Shown piece after piece: positions 8,819-17,762 of a DNA stretch of 64,000 nt (position 1 is its first letter; each line of letters opens with the position of its first letter). Source of the DNA: Patescibacteria group bacterium. Lineage in GTDB: Bacteria > Patescibacteriota > Patescibacteriia > 2-12-FULL-57-11. Position numbers and translations under genes: made by a program. Below the pieces are notes generated by a model that made no database searches, was not told the origin of the DNA, and saw nothing but the letters and a program-made list of their open reading frames with translations. The stretch spans positions 786,893 to 850,892 of the forward strand of contig SCUL01000002.1 in NCBI GenBank assembly GCA_004297205.1. Direction: 5' to 3'.

Positions 8819-9151
8819 ATGTATCCCGTATTGATTCTGCTCGCCCAGGCCTTCTACAGCGTCTCCGACCTGCTGAAGAAGATGGCCTTCCGCGACCTGG
8901 AGTTCTCCCCGGCGCTGCTCACCAACCCGCGCTTCGTCGGCGTGACCTTGATCGCCGTGCTCGGTTTCCTGGTCCAGCTGTACGTGCTCTCCCGCTACGA
9001 CCTGTCGCGCACCGCCATCTTCATGGGCATCTTCGCGCTGATCCTGTCGCCGCTTCTGGCCGTGCTCGTCCTGCATGAGAAACTCTCGCCCTTGAACTGG
9101 CTCGGGGTCGGACTCGCGATCGTGGCGGTCGCGCTGGTCAACGCCAAATAG
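8819..9151 (+). CDS. small 4-TM membrane protein, EamA/DMT-like half-transporter fold
   Basis: 110 aa, four hydrophobic helices, inserted between pheS and pheT; start 1 nt after the pheS stop. Confidence 0.55.
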   Translation: MYPVLILLAQAFYSVSDLLKKMAFRDLEFSPALLTNPRFVGVTLIAVLGFLVQLYVLSRYDLSRTAIFMGIFALILSPLLAVLVLHEKLSPLNWLGVGLAIVAVALVNAK

Positions 9152-9152
9152 C

Positions 9153-11582
9153 ATGAACATCCAGCTGTCCTACCAGTGGCTCCAGGAGTACGCCAAAACG
9201 GATCTCGCACCCGAGGAGTTCGCGCGCCGCCTGTCGTTGTCCGGCCCGGCCGTGGAGCGCATCCACCGGCCGGCCGACCACTTGAACCACGTCGTCGTCG
9301 GCCGCATCGCCGAGATCCGCCCGCATCCCAACGCCAACCGCCTGGCCGTGACCATCGTCGACGTCGGCAAGGAGCTTTTGGAAATCGTCTGCGGCGGCAC
9401 CAACTTGTCCATCGGCCAGAAAGTCGCCGTTGCCAAAGTCGGGAGCGTGGTGCGCTGGCACGGAGAAGGCGAGCCGATCGTGCTGGGTGAAGCCGAGATC
9501 CGCGGCGTGAAAAGTTTCGGCATGATTGCCGCCTCCGACGAAATCAGTCTGGCCGACTTTTTCCCGGCAAAGGGCGAAAAAGAGATTCTTGACCTGTCAT
9601 TCTTGGAGAAAGTCCCGGCAGGTACGCCACTGGCCGAGGCGCTGGGACTCGCCGACGTCGTGTTCGACGTGGAAGTCACCACCAACCGTCCGGACGCGAT
9701 GTCCGCGATCGGCATGGCGCGCGAAGCGGCGGCCATCTGCGGCGCCAAGTTCCAGCAGAAACGCGTCGCCGAGCGTTCCAAGATGCCGTCGCTGCCGTCC
9801 AAGGACAAGCTCGGCCTGACCGTCGAGGTCAAAGAGAAGACGCTCTGTCCGCGTTATGAAGCCGTGGTCGTCGACGGCGTCCACGTCGGTCCGTCGCCGT
9901 GGTGGTTGCGCCGCCGTTTGGCGCAGGCCGGCATCCGTTCCGTCAACAACATCGTCGACATCACCAATTACGTGATGCTCGAGCTCGGCCAGCCGATGCA
10001 CGCCTTCGACTACCATGCGCTCCAGGAACGCACCATCGTCGTGCGCGCGGCCAAACCGAAGGAGACGATCACCACGCTCGACGGCAACACCTACACCTTC
10101 GCCGGCGGCGAGCTCGTGATCGCCGACAAGGCCCGGCCGGTGGCCATCGCCGGCGTCATGGGCGGGCAAGCCACCGGGGTGAGCAGCACCATGACCGCCG
10201 TCGTCTTCGAGGCGGCGACGTTCGACGCCGTCTCGGTACGCCGCACGGCGCGCGCCTTGAACGTGCACTCGGATGCTTCCCTCCGTTTTGAAAAAGGACT
10301 GTCCACGGAAGGCACGGCCGCCGCGCTGGCCCGGGCCGTGCAGCTCGCCCGGGAGATCGCCGGCGGCAGCCCGGCCTCCGGCGTCAAAGACGTCCGTGCC
10401 GCCGCTTACGCCCCCAAGACCTACAAGTTCCGTCCGGCCAAAGCCGCGGAGCTGATCGGCGCGCCGGTGCCCGCGGCCAAGCAGTTTTCCATGTTGTCGG
10501 CGCTCGGCTGCGCCATGAAAGGCCGCGGCGCCGTGGTCGACGTGACGATTCCCTGGTGGCGTGATTCTGACATCGAAGGGGAGCGCGATCTGGTGGAGGA
10601 AGTCGCCCGCATCTGGGGCTACCACAACCTGCCGTCGCTTCTGCCCGCCGGCGTGCCGCCGATCCGGCCGGAAGATCCGCTGCTGGCCTTTGAAGACTCC
10701 GTCCGCGACGTGCTTGCCGGCGCCGGATGGACCGAAGCCATCAGCAACTCCATGGTCGCCGACGACGCGCATGAGAAGGCCGGCATCGAAGGCGACGCGG
10801 TGCGCCTGGCCAATCCGCTGACCGCGGACCTGGCCGTGCTGCGCACGCATCTGCTGCCGTCGCTCCTCCATATCGTCGCCCAGAACCAGGAGGCGGTTCC
10901 GTCCTCGGCGGTCTTTGAGATCGGCAACGTTTACTTGCCGGAGCGCGGCGGTCTGCCGCGTGAAACGTCGCGCGTCATCGTCGCCTCGTGGGGCGCTTCG
11001 CCGGACGGCGAACAGTTCCTGCGCGTGAAAGGCGCCGTCACGCGCCTGGCGGAAGCGCTTGCCGCGGGCTGGTCCTGGGGCGTGCCGGGGAGCTGCAGCA
11101 TGCTGCCGGCGAAAAGCGCGCATTCGGGGCGGCGCATCGACCTGAAGATCGGGGAAGCCGCCGCGGGGACGCTGGCCGAAGTGCATCCGGCCACGCTGGC
11201 CCGCTTCGGGATCGAAACGCGCGTCGCCGTGGCCGTGCTCGACCCCCGGACGTTCGTGACGCATCCGGCGCGCCCGGCCTACCTGCCGCCGCCGCACTTC
11301 CCGGGCGTGAAACGCGACCTGGCCTTCTTCGCGGCGGAGCGCGCCACGCACGCCGCGCTCCTGGCCGCCATCCGCGGCGCGCATCCGCTCGTCGCCGAAG
11401 TCGAACTCTTCGATGTCTTCCGCGGCAAGGGCGTGCCGGACGATAAAAAGAGCATGGCCTACCACATCGTCTATCGCGCCGCGGACCGCACCTTGACCGC
11501 GGCCGAGGCGGAAGAAGCGCACGCCGCAGTGGTCGCCGCGCTTACCCACAACAAGGTTTTCGCCGCTTCCATCCGCGAGTGA
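9153..11582 (+). CDS. pheT: phenylalanine--tRNA ligase beta subunit
   Basis: 809 aa, canonical PheT N-terminus MNIQLSYQWLQEY..., tRNA-binding and B3/4 domains; start codon overlaps the stop of the preceding gene. Confidence 0.9.
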   Translation: MNIQLSYQWLQEYAKTDLAPEEFARRLSLSGPAVERIHRPADHLNHVVVGRIAEIRPHPNANRLAVTIVDVGKELLEIVCGGTNLSIGQKVAVAKVGSVVRWHGEGEPIVLGEAEIRGVKSFGMIAASDEISLADFFPAKGEKEILDLSFLEKVPAGTPLAEALGLADVVFDVEVTTNRPDAMSAIGMAREAAAICGAKFQQKRVAERSKMPSLPSKDKLGLTVEVKEKTLCPRYEAVVVDGVHVGPSPWWLRRRLAQAGIRSVNNIVDITNYVMLELGQPMHAFDYHALQERTIVVRAAKPKETITTLDGNTYTFAGGELVIADKARPVAIAGVMGGQATGVSSTMTAVVFEAATFDAVSVRRTARALNVHSDASLRFEKGLSTEGTAAALARAVQLAREIAGGSPASGVKDVRAAAYAPKTYKFRPAKAAELIGAPVPAAKQFSMLSALGCAMKGRGAVVDVTIPWWRDSDIEGERDLVEEVARIWGYHNLPSLLPAGVPPIRPEDPLLAFEDSVRDVLAGAGWTEAISNSMVADDAHEKAGIEGDAVRLANPLTADLAVLRTHLLPSLLHIVAQNQEAVPSSAVFEIGNVYLPERGGLPRETSRVIVASWGASPDGEQFLRVKGAVTRLAEALAAGWSWGVPGSCSMLPAKSAHSGRRIDLKIGEAAAGTLAEVHPATLARFGIETRVAVAVLDPRTFVTHPARPAYLPPPHFPGVKRDLAFFAAERATHAALLAAIRGAHPLVAEVELFDVFRGKGVPDDKKSMAYHIVYRAADRTLTAAEAEEAHAAVVAALTHNKVFAASIRE

Positions 11583-11622
11583 TATACTGGCGGAGGAGAA
11601 GGCACCCCCGCGTCCCGCACCT

Positions 11623-11910
11623 ATGATCATCGAAACCTCACAAGACGTGCTGTGGCTGTCCATCGCCTTCGCGGTGGTGCTTGTGGCGGTGTTCCTGGCC
11701 TGGATGATGTACTACATCATCATGATGCTCCGGGACATCCGGGAGATGGTGCATGACACGCGCGACCGCTTCGACCGCATCGAAAAATTCGTCATGGCGA
11801 TCGGGGAAAAGGCGGAAGCGCTGTTTGCCATCGGGCCGATGCTCGGGGAGGGGATCAAGACCGCGGTCGGCTACATCATGGAGCGGCGGGAAGAAAAGCG
11901 ACGCCGGTAA
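11623..11910 (+). CDS. hypothetical small membrane protein
   Basis: 95 aa with one N-terminal TM helix and a charged C-terminus; lies between the pheT stop and a hairpin terminator. Confidence 0.45.
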   Translation: MIIETSQDVLWLSIAFAVVLVAVFLAWMMYYIIMMLRDIREMVHDTRDRFDRIEKFVMAIGEKAEALFAIGPMLGEGIKTAVGYIMERREEKRRR

Positions 11911-11915
11911 ATTTC

Positions 11916-11969
11916 AAAAAAAGAGCCCCGCCACCCTTCAGAACGAAGGCGTTGGCGGGGTTTTCGTTT
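11916..11969. terminator. bidirectional intrinsic terminator between convergent genes (A7 - GCCCCGCCA...TGGCGGGG - TTTTCGTTT)
   Basis: 8-bp GC stem with an inner CCCTTC/GAAGG pairing, flanked by an A-run upstream and a T-run downstream. Confidence 0.6.
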
Positions 11970-12562
11970 CAGACGAGCGGCTGTCCGCAGCCGTGGCAAT
12001 GGTTGCCGACGTAGTCGTTGCGGACGAGTTTGGCGCCGCAGTGCCGGCAGAACCGGACGCCGGGAGCGCGCACCGTGCTGCGTTCCGCGTCCCCGGGGAT
12101 GGGCGCCGGAAGCGGCAGGCGGCCGCCCAGGGAGGCGATCCGCATCTCGTCGATCGCGTATTCGACCTCGTCCGCCCAGGTCCGGACGACCGGCTCGGGA
12201 GTCTCCGCGAGCAGCTCCAGCCGCGGACGCGGGTCCTCGCTCTCGGTGGAGACGAGCCAGGCCACGTGCCCGAAGCGTCCGGCCGCAACGGGTTCCACGC
12301 GGACCGTGCAGCCCGGGATCAAGACCTGCAGCGTTCTGTCCAGGGCCTGCTGAAGCTCTGACAGCAGGCGCAGCTCGGGACGGCTGAGCTCCAGCGGCGA
12401 GACCGCATGGCGCTTCGGTCCGAGGACGAGCACGTGCCGCAGGCAGGCGCGCGGCGGACTGTGGAACGCGAACCAGGCGTCGTTGTCGATGAGGATGCCG
12501 CCCGGAGTCGGCATCCCGTGCAGGATGTCGCACAACAGGCAGGGAGCGAAGTCGTGTCCCAT
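11969..12562 (-). CDS. HIT-family-like protein with a C-terminal zinc ribbon
   Basis: 197 aa; HIT-like segment ...LRHVLVLGPKRH...GHVAWLV... (histidine triad degenerate) and C-terminal CRHCG...CHGCG. Confidence 0.5.
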   Translation of the reverse strand: MGHDFAPCLLCDILHGMPTPGGILIDNDAWFAFHSPPRACLRHVLVLGPKRHAVSPLELSRPELRLLSELQQALDRTLQVLIPGCTVRVEPVAAGRFGHVAWLVSTESEDPRPRLELLAETPEPVVRTWADEVEYAIDEMRIASLGGRLPLPAPIPGDAERSTVRAPGVRFCRHCGAKLVRNDYVGNHCHGCGQPLV

Positions 12563-12645
12563 GGCACCTCGCCGCTACCCTGGGCGGAAACCGGCGGTTT
12601 GTCAATATTGCCGGAGCGGACGGCGGGCCGTAAGATGCCGGCACC

Positions 12646-15600
12646 ATGCGCTTCGTCCATCTCCACGTCCACTCCCATTACTCGCTCCTGGACGGTCTGG
12701 GACAGATTCCGGCATTGGTGGCCCGGGCCAAGGAGTTGGGCATGGACGCGCTCGCGATCACCGACCACGGAGCCATGTACGGGGCGATCGAGTTCTACGA
12801 GGAATGCGTCAAGCAGCAGATCAAGCCGATCATCGGCATGGAGGCCTACGTGGCGCCGCGCGGCATGCGGGACAAGACGGCGCGGGTCGACGACCGCGCC
12901 TACCACCTGACGCTGCTCGCCGAGAACCTGGCCGGCTACCGCAACCTCATCAAGATCACCACCGCCGCGCACCTCGACGGTTTCTATTACAAGCCGCGCG
13001 TCGACCTGGAGTTCCTGCGCACCCACGCCGAGGGCGTCATCGCACTGTCCGGCTGCCTGAACGGGCAGATTCCCCGCGCCCTCGAGGTCAAAGACGATGC
13101 CAAGGCCGAGGAACTGCTCAAGACCTACCAGGAGATCTTCGGCCGCGACAACTTTTTTCTGGAAGTGCAGGACCACGAGGAGATTCCCGAACAGGTGGAG
13201 CGGAACGCCCAGCTCATTCTGCTGGCCGACCGGCTCGGCGTGCCGCTCGTCGCCACCAAGGACTGCCACTATATCCACGCCGACGACCGCGAAGCGCAGG
13301 ACGTCCTGCTCGCCATCGGCACCGGAAAAACGCTCGAGGACCCGACGCGCTTTTCGATGCGCGACGCCGACTACTCGCTGACCTCGCCCGAGGACATGGC
13401 GCGGGCCTTCGCGCATCGGCCGGACGCCATCGAGAATACCGGAAAGATCGCCGACCGCTGCTCCGTCACCATCGAGCTGGGCAAATGGGTCTTCCCCGAG
13501 TTTCCGATTCCGGACGGACTGACCGCCGACGAATTCCTGCGCCGGGAAGCCGAGGCCGGTCTGCGCGGGAAGGGACAGATGATCCCGGAATACCAGAAGC
13601 GGCTCGACTACGAGCTCGACATCATCAAGACGAAAGGCTACGCCACGTACTTCCTCGTCGTCGCCGACTATACCAAGTGGGCGCGCGCCCAGGGCATCAT
13701 CTCCACGACCCGCGGCTCGGCCGCCGGCTCCGTCGTTTCCTACGGCATCGGCGTCACCACCGTCGATCCGCTCGCGTACAAATTGCCGTTCGAGCGCTTC
13801 TTGAATCCTTTCCGCCCCTCGCCGCCCGATATCGACATGGATTTTGCCGACAACAAGCGCGACCGGGTGCTCGACTACGTGAAAAACAAGTACGGCGCCG
13901 ACCGCGTCGCCCAGATTTGCACCTTCGGCACCATGGCAGCGCGCGGTTCGGTGCGCGACGTGGCCCGCGCGCTCGGATACCCGTACGGATTGGGTGACCG
14001 CGTCGCCAAAATGATCCCCATGGGCTCGCAGGGTTTCCACATGACCATCGCCCGCGCGCTCAAGGAGACGCCGGAGCTCCAGCAGGTCTACGACAGCGAG
14101 CCGGACGTGAAACGCGTCATCGACCTGGCCCAAAAAATCGAAGGCTGCGCCCGCCACACCTCGGTTCACGCCGCGGGAGTGGTCATTGCGCCGGGGCCGC
14201 TCACGGATTGGATGCCGCTTCAGAAGGAAGCCGGCGGCGAGAACGTCATCACGCAGTACGAAATGCACGCCTCGGAGCAGTCCGGCATCTTGAAGATGGA
14301 TTTCCTCGGCATCCGCAACCTGTCCATTCTCGACACGGCCGTGGAAATCGTGGAGAAGACCAAGGGCGTGAAGGTCGACCTCTTGAACCTGCCGCTCGAT
14401 GACAAGAAGACGTACGACCTGCTTGCCCGCGGGCAGACCACGGGCCTGTTCCAGCTCGGCGGCGACGGCATGACCAAATACATCATCGAACTGCAGCCGG
14501 CCACGATCTTCGACCTCATGGCCATGGTCGCGCTCTACCGCCCGGGTCCGATCGAGTCCATCCCCGAATACATCCGCCGCAAGCGCAATCCGCGGCTGGT
14601 GCGCGTGCTCGACCCGCGCATGAAGGAGATTTTGTCCATGAGCTACGGGATCATCACCTATCAGGACGACGTGCTCCTGATCGCCATCCATCTGGCGGGC
14701 TACGACTGGGCCGAGGCCGACAAGCTGCGCAAAGCCATGGGCAAGAAGATTCCTAAGGAAATGGCGGCACAGAAGGAGAAGTTCCTGGCCGGCTGCGTGA
14801 AGGGCGGCATGACGGAGGACAAGGCCATCGATCTCTGGAAGCTGATCGAACCGTTCGCCGCCTACGGTTTCAACAAGGCCCACGCCGCCTCTTACGCCAT
14901 CGTGGCCTACCAGACGGCCTACATGAAGGCCAACTACCCGGCCGAATACATGGCCGCGGTCATGACCAATGAATCCGGCGACATGCCGACCGTGGCTTCG
15001 GCCATCAACGAGTGCGCCAAGATGGGCATCAAGGTGCTGCCGCCGGACGTGAACTCTTCCCTCGCCACCTTCACCTACATCGACGACACGCAGGTCCGCT
15101 TCGGTCTGAACGCCATCAAGAACCTTGGAGGTGACACCGTGGCCGCGCTCATCGCCGAGCGCAAGGCGAACGGGCCGTTCACGGATTTGACCGATCTGGC
15201 CCGGCGTCTGCCGACCAAGGTCATGAACCGCAAAGCCGTGGAAGCGCTGGCCAAGTCCGGCGCGCTCGACGCGCTCGGCGAACGCAACGCCATTCTCGGC
15301 AACGTCGAGGAGCTGGTGCGCTTCAACAAGGAGGCCGCGGCGCATGCCGTGAGCCAGCAGGCCTCGCTGTTTACCGCGGGCGGCGGGCTGGGCGCGGAAA
15401 CCGTCCGCCTCAAAGCCGTAGAGCCGGCCACCAAGCGCGACATTCTTTCCTGGGAGAAGGAATTGCTCGGCATGTACGTCTCCGAGCACCCCTTCCGCGA
15501 TGTTGCCGCCGCGGCGGGGGACCTGTTGCCGATCGCGAAGCTCGGTGAGATGAAAAAGGGCGCGTTCGCCGTGATCGGCGGCATGCTTCAGGCGCCCAAG

Positions 15601-16167
15601 CACATCACCACCAAGAACGGCGAGTCGATGGTGTTCGTCCGCGTCGAGGACGAGACGTCCGGCGTCGAAATCGTGGTCTTCCCGCGCGTCTATGCCGCGC
15701 AGCCGGAGTTGTGGACGGAAGACGCGGCGATCGTGGTGTCGGGCAAGATTTCCGACAAGGACGATGAGTTGCGGTTTTTGGCGAACCAGGCGGTCGTGGT
15801 CAGCGCGCAGACGGTGCGCCAGGGTATCGCAGCGCTTCGGAGCGGCGCCATGATGGCCGCGCAGGCGCCGCGGCCGCCCGCGGCCGCCGCCCCGCCGCAG
15901 ACGGGCGCCGATGCCGCACCGCGCACCATGCCCAGCATGCCGAGCGTGACCATCAACCTGCCGGACGCGCCGACACCGGAGCTCGCGCAGGAATTGAAAT
16001 CGGTGTTCGAACAATGTCCGGGCGGACTGGTCGTCTTTTTGGAAATCGGAAAAGGGGAGCGACCCAAACGCATTGAAACGCAGTTTCGGATCGGTTGGAG
16101 TCCGCAGGTCGCAGGCCGCATTTGCGCGCTTCCCGGCATCGGCGGCGCGCGCGTCGTCGGCGCATAG
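12646..16167 (+). CDS. dnaE: DNA polymerase III alpha subunit (DnaE type)
   Basis: 1173 aa; N-terminal PHP domain HLHVHSHYSLLDG...ITDHG, polymerase core, OB-fold; typical length. Confidence 0.9.
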   Translation: MRFVHLHVHSHYSLLDGLGQIPALVARAKELGMDALAITDHGAMYGAIEFYEECVKQQIKPIIGMEAYVAPRGMRDKTARVDDRAYHLTLLAENLAGYRNLIKITTAAHLDGFYYKPRVDLEFLRTHAEGVIALSGCLNGQIPRALEVKDDAKAEELLKTYQEIFGRDNFFLEVQDHEEIPEQVERNAQLILLADRLGVPLVATKDCHYIHADDREAQDVLLAIGTGKTLEDPTRFSMRDADYSLTSPEDMARAFAHRPDAIENTGKIADRCSVTIELGKWVFPEFPIPDGLTADEFLRREAEAGLRGKGQMIPEYQKRLDYELDIIKTKGYATYFLVVADYTKWARAQGIISTTRGSAAGSVVSYGIGVTTVDPLAYKLPFERFLNPFRPSPPDIDMDFADNKRDRVLDYVKNKYGADRVAQICTFGTMAARGSVRDVARALGYPYGLGDRVAKMIPMGSQGFHMTIARALKETPELQQVYDSEPDVKRVIDLAQKIEGCARHTSVHAAGVVIAPGPLTDWMPLQKEAGGENVITQYEMHASEQSGILKMDFLGIRNLSILDTAVEIVEKTKGVKVDLLNLPLDDKKTYDLLARGQTTGLFQLGGDGMTKYIIELQPATIFDLMAMVALYRPGPIESIPEYIRRKRNPRLVRVLDPRMKEILSMSYGIITYQDDVLLIAIHLAGYDWAEADKLRKAMGKKIPKEMAAQKEKFLAGCVKGGMTEDKAIDLWKLIEPFAAYGFNKAHAASYAIVAYQTAYMKANYPAEYMAAVMTNESGDMPTVASAINECAKMGIKVLPPDVNSSLATFTYIDDTQVRFGLNAIKNLGGDTVAALIAERKANGPFTDLTDLARRLPTKVMNRKAVEALAKSGALDALGERNAILGNVEELVRFNKEAAAHAVSQQASLFTAGGGLGAETVRLKAVEPATKRDILSWEKELLGMYVSEHPFRDVAAAAGDLLPIAKLGEMKKGAFAVIGGMLQAPKHITTKNGESMVFVRVEDETSGVEIVVFPRVYAAQPELWTEDAAIVVSGKISDKDDELRFLANQAVVVSAQTVRQGIAALRSGAMMAAQAPRPPAAAAPPQTGADAAPRTMPSMPSVTINLPDAPTPELAQELKSVFEQCPGGLVVFLEIGKGERPKRIETQFRIGWSPQVAGRICALPGIGGARVVGA

Positions 16168-16217
16168 CGTGTTCCCGGCGGCGCGGTGTGGTATAGTGAT
16201 GGGGACTTGAGGAGGAT

Positions 16218-17687
16218 ATGCCCCCGAAAAAGAAACCCGCAGCCAAGAAACGCGTTGCGCCGCGTCGCAAGAAGGGCGACCTGGAGCCGTCCGCCGAACT
16301 CGCGGCAGCCGTGACGCCGCCCGCACCGCCGTGGGCCGTCCCGCCGCCGAGCGATTTTATTGCGCCGCCGTCCGTGGTCCCGGAAGAGCACATGGTATCG
16401 CTGGACGTCGACACCGTGCACGACGCGCCGACGACGCTCGCCATCAAAGGCCACGGCGAGGCGGCGGATCTCCCGATCGACCACAACGAGCCGGTCCGCC
16501 ACATCGCCGTCGGCCGCCCCACGCCGTCGCCTGCAGCACGCTCGACCGCCGTGCCGCGCGCCGCGCGTCCGGCCGTCCACCTTTCCGTCTACCGCAAGCT
16601 GGCCACCACCTTCATCGGGTTGGCCGTGCTCTTGCTCGGTTTCGTGTTGTACCTGTCCTTCACCCGCGCCGCGGTCACCGTGGTGCGCAGCGCCCTGCCG
16701 ATCTCCACCACCTTCACGGCCAAGGTCGCGCCGGAACCGCAGGACGCCTCGACCGTGCCCGGCGCGGTGCTCGAAACCGTGGCCGAAGGAACCAAGACCG
16801 TGGCCGCGAGTGGGGAGAAGACCATCGTCGAAGGCAAGGCCTGCGGCGCGGTCACCATCGTCAACACCCAGGCCAAAGCGCAGCCGTTGGTGGCGACGAC
16901 GCGCCTGCTCTCGCCGGAAGGCGTGCTGTTCCGACTGGAGAGAAACGTGACTGTCCCTGCCAACGGTCGCCTGGAAACGCGCGCCTGCGCCGATCAGCCG
17001 GGCAAGGCCGGCGACATCGACCCGACGCGCTTCACCATCCCGGGACTTGCCGCGGCGCTCCAGGAGAAGACCTACGCCGTATCCACGGCCAGCATGACCG
17101 GCGGGGCCGTCGAAGTGTCGGTGATCACGCAGCAGGAAGTCGACGCCGCAGTGGCCGCCTACGCCAGAGAAGTCGCCGGTCAGGCCGCGGAGACGCTCAA
17201 AAAGCTCCTGTCCCGACCGGAAGTCGGCAGCGGCGTGTTCTTCAAAGAACAGGTGGTACGCCGCGAGACGACCGCCAAGGTGGGGGAGTCGCAGCCGACC
17301 TTCGACGTGACCGTGGCGGTGCACGTGGAAGCCGTTTTCTATGACAAGCAGACGCTGCTCCGCGTCGCCGAAGCATCGCTCCGTGCCGCCGCGCCGGCCG
17401 ACAAGGAAGTGCGCGGCATCACCGCCGACGGGCTCACCGTGGAACTCGTCGCCAGCGACACCGCCGCCAAATCCGCGACGCTCTCCGTGACCGTGCCGGG
17501 CGAGGCGGTGCTCAAAGAGACCCACGAGGCCTTCGATCCGGAAAAGTTGACCGGCCTGTCCGTCGAAGACGTGCAACGGGACCTGGGGTCGCTCGACGGC
17601 GTGGAATCCGTCACCGTGAAGATCACCCCGGCCTTCCTGAAGCGCCTGCCGAATTTGGCGGATCATATCGATATCACGTTCGAGTAA
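16218..17687 (+). CDS. hypothetical membrane-anchored protein (basic N-terminus MPPKKKPAAKK, Pro-rich linker, one TM helix, large extracytoplasmic domain)
   Basis: 489 aa; TM LATTFIGLAVLLLGFVLYLSF; no recognisable catalytic motif. Confidence 0.55.
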   Translation: MPPKKKPAAKKRVAPRRKKGDLEPSAELAAAVTPPAPPWAVPPPSDFIAPPSVVPEEHMVSLDVDTVHDAPTTLAIKGHGEAADLPIDHNEPVRHIAVGRPTPSPAARSTAVPRAARPAVHLSVYRKLATTFIGLAVLLLGFVLYLSFTRAAVTVVRSALPISTTFTAKVAPEPQDASTVPGAVLETVAEGTKTVAASGEKTIVEGKACGAVTIVNTQAKAQPLVATTRLLSPEGVLFRLERNVTVPANGRLETRACADQPGKAGDIDPTRFTIPGLAAALQEKTYAVSTASMTGGAVEVSVITQQEVDAAVAAYAREVAGQAAETLKKLLSRPEVGSGVFFKEQVVRRETTAKVGESQPTFDVTVAVHVEAVFYDKQTLLRVAEASLRAAAPADKEVRGITADGLTVELVASDTAAKSATLSVTVPGEAVLKETHEAFDPEKLTGLSVEDVQRDLGSLDGVESVTVKITPAFLKRLPNLADHIDITFE

Positions 17688-17700
17688 AGAACCGGCGTAG

Positions 17701-17731
17701 GGGCGGGCCGATGTGCCCGCCCTTTGCGTTT
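17701..17731 (+). terminator. intrinsic terminator GGGCGGGC-cgatgt-GCCCGCCC followed by TTTGCGTTT
   Basis: Perfect 8-bp GC stem plus T-rich tract directly after the stop of the 16218..17687 gene; overlaps the upstream ATG at 17724, which supports thrS starting at 17763. Confidence 0.6.
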
Positions 17732-17762
17732 CGCAAGGAAATGCGGCACGATAGATGCCGTT

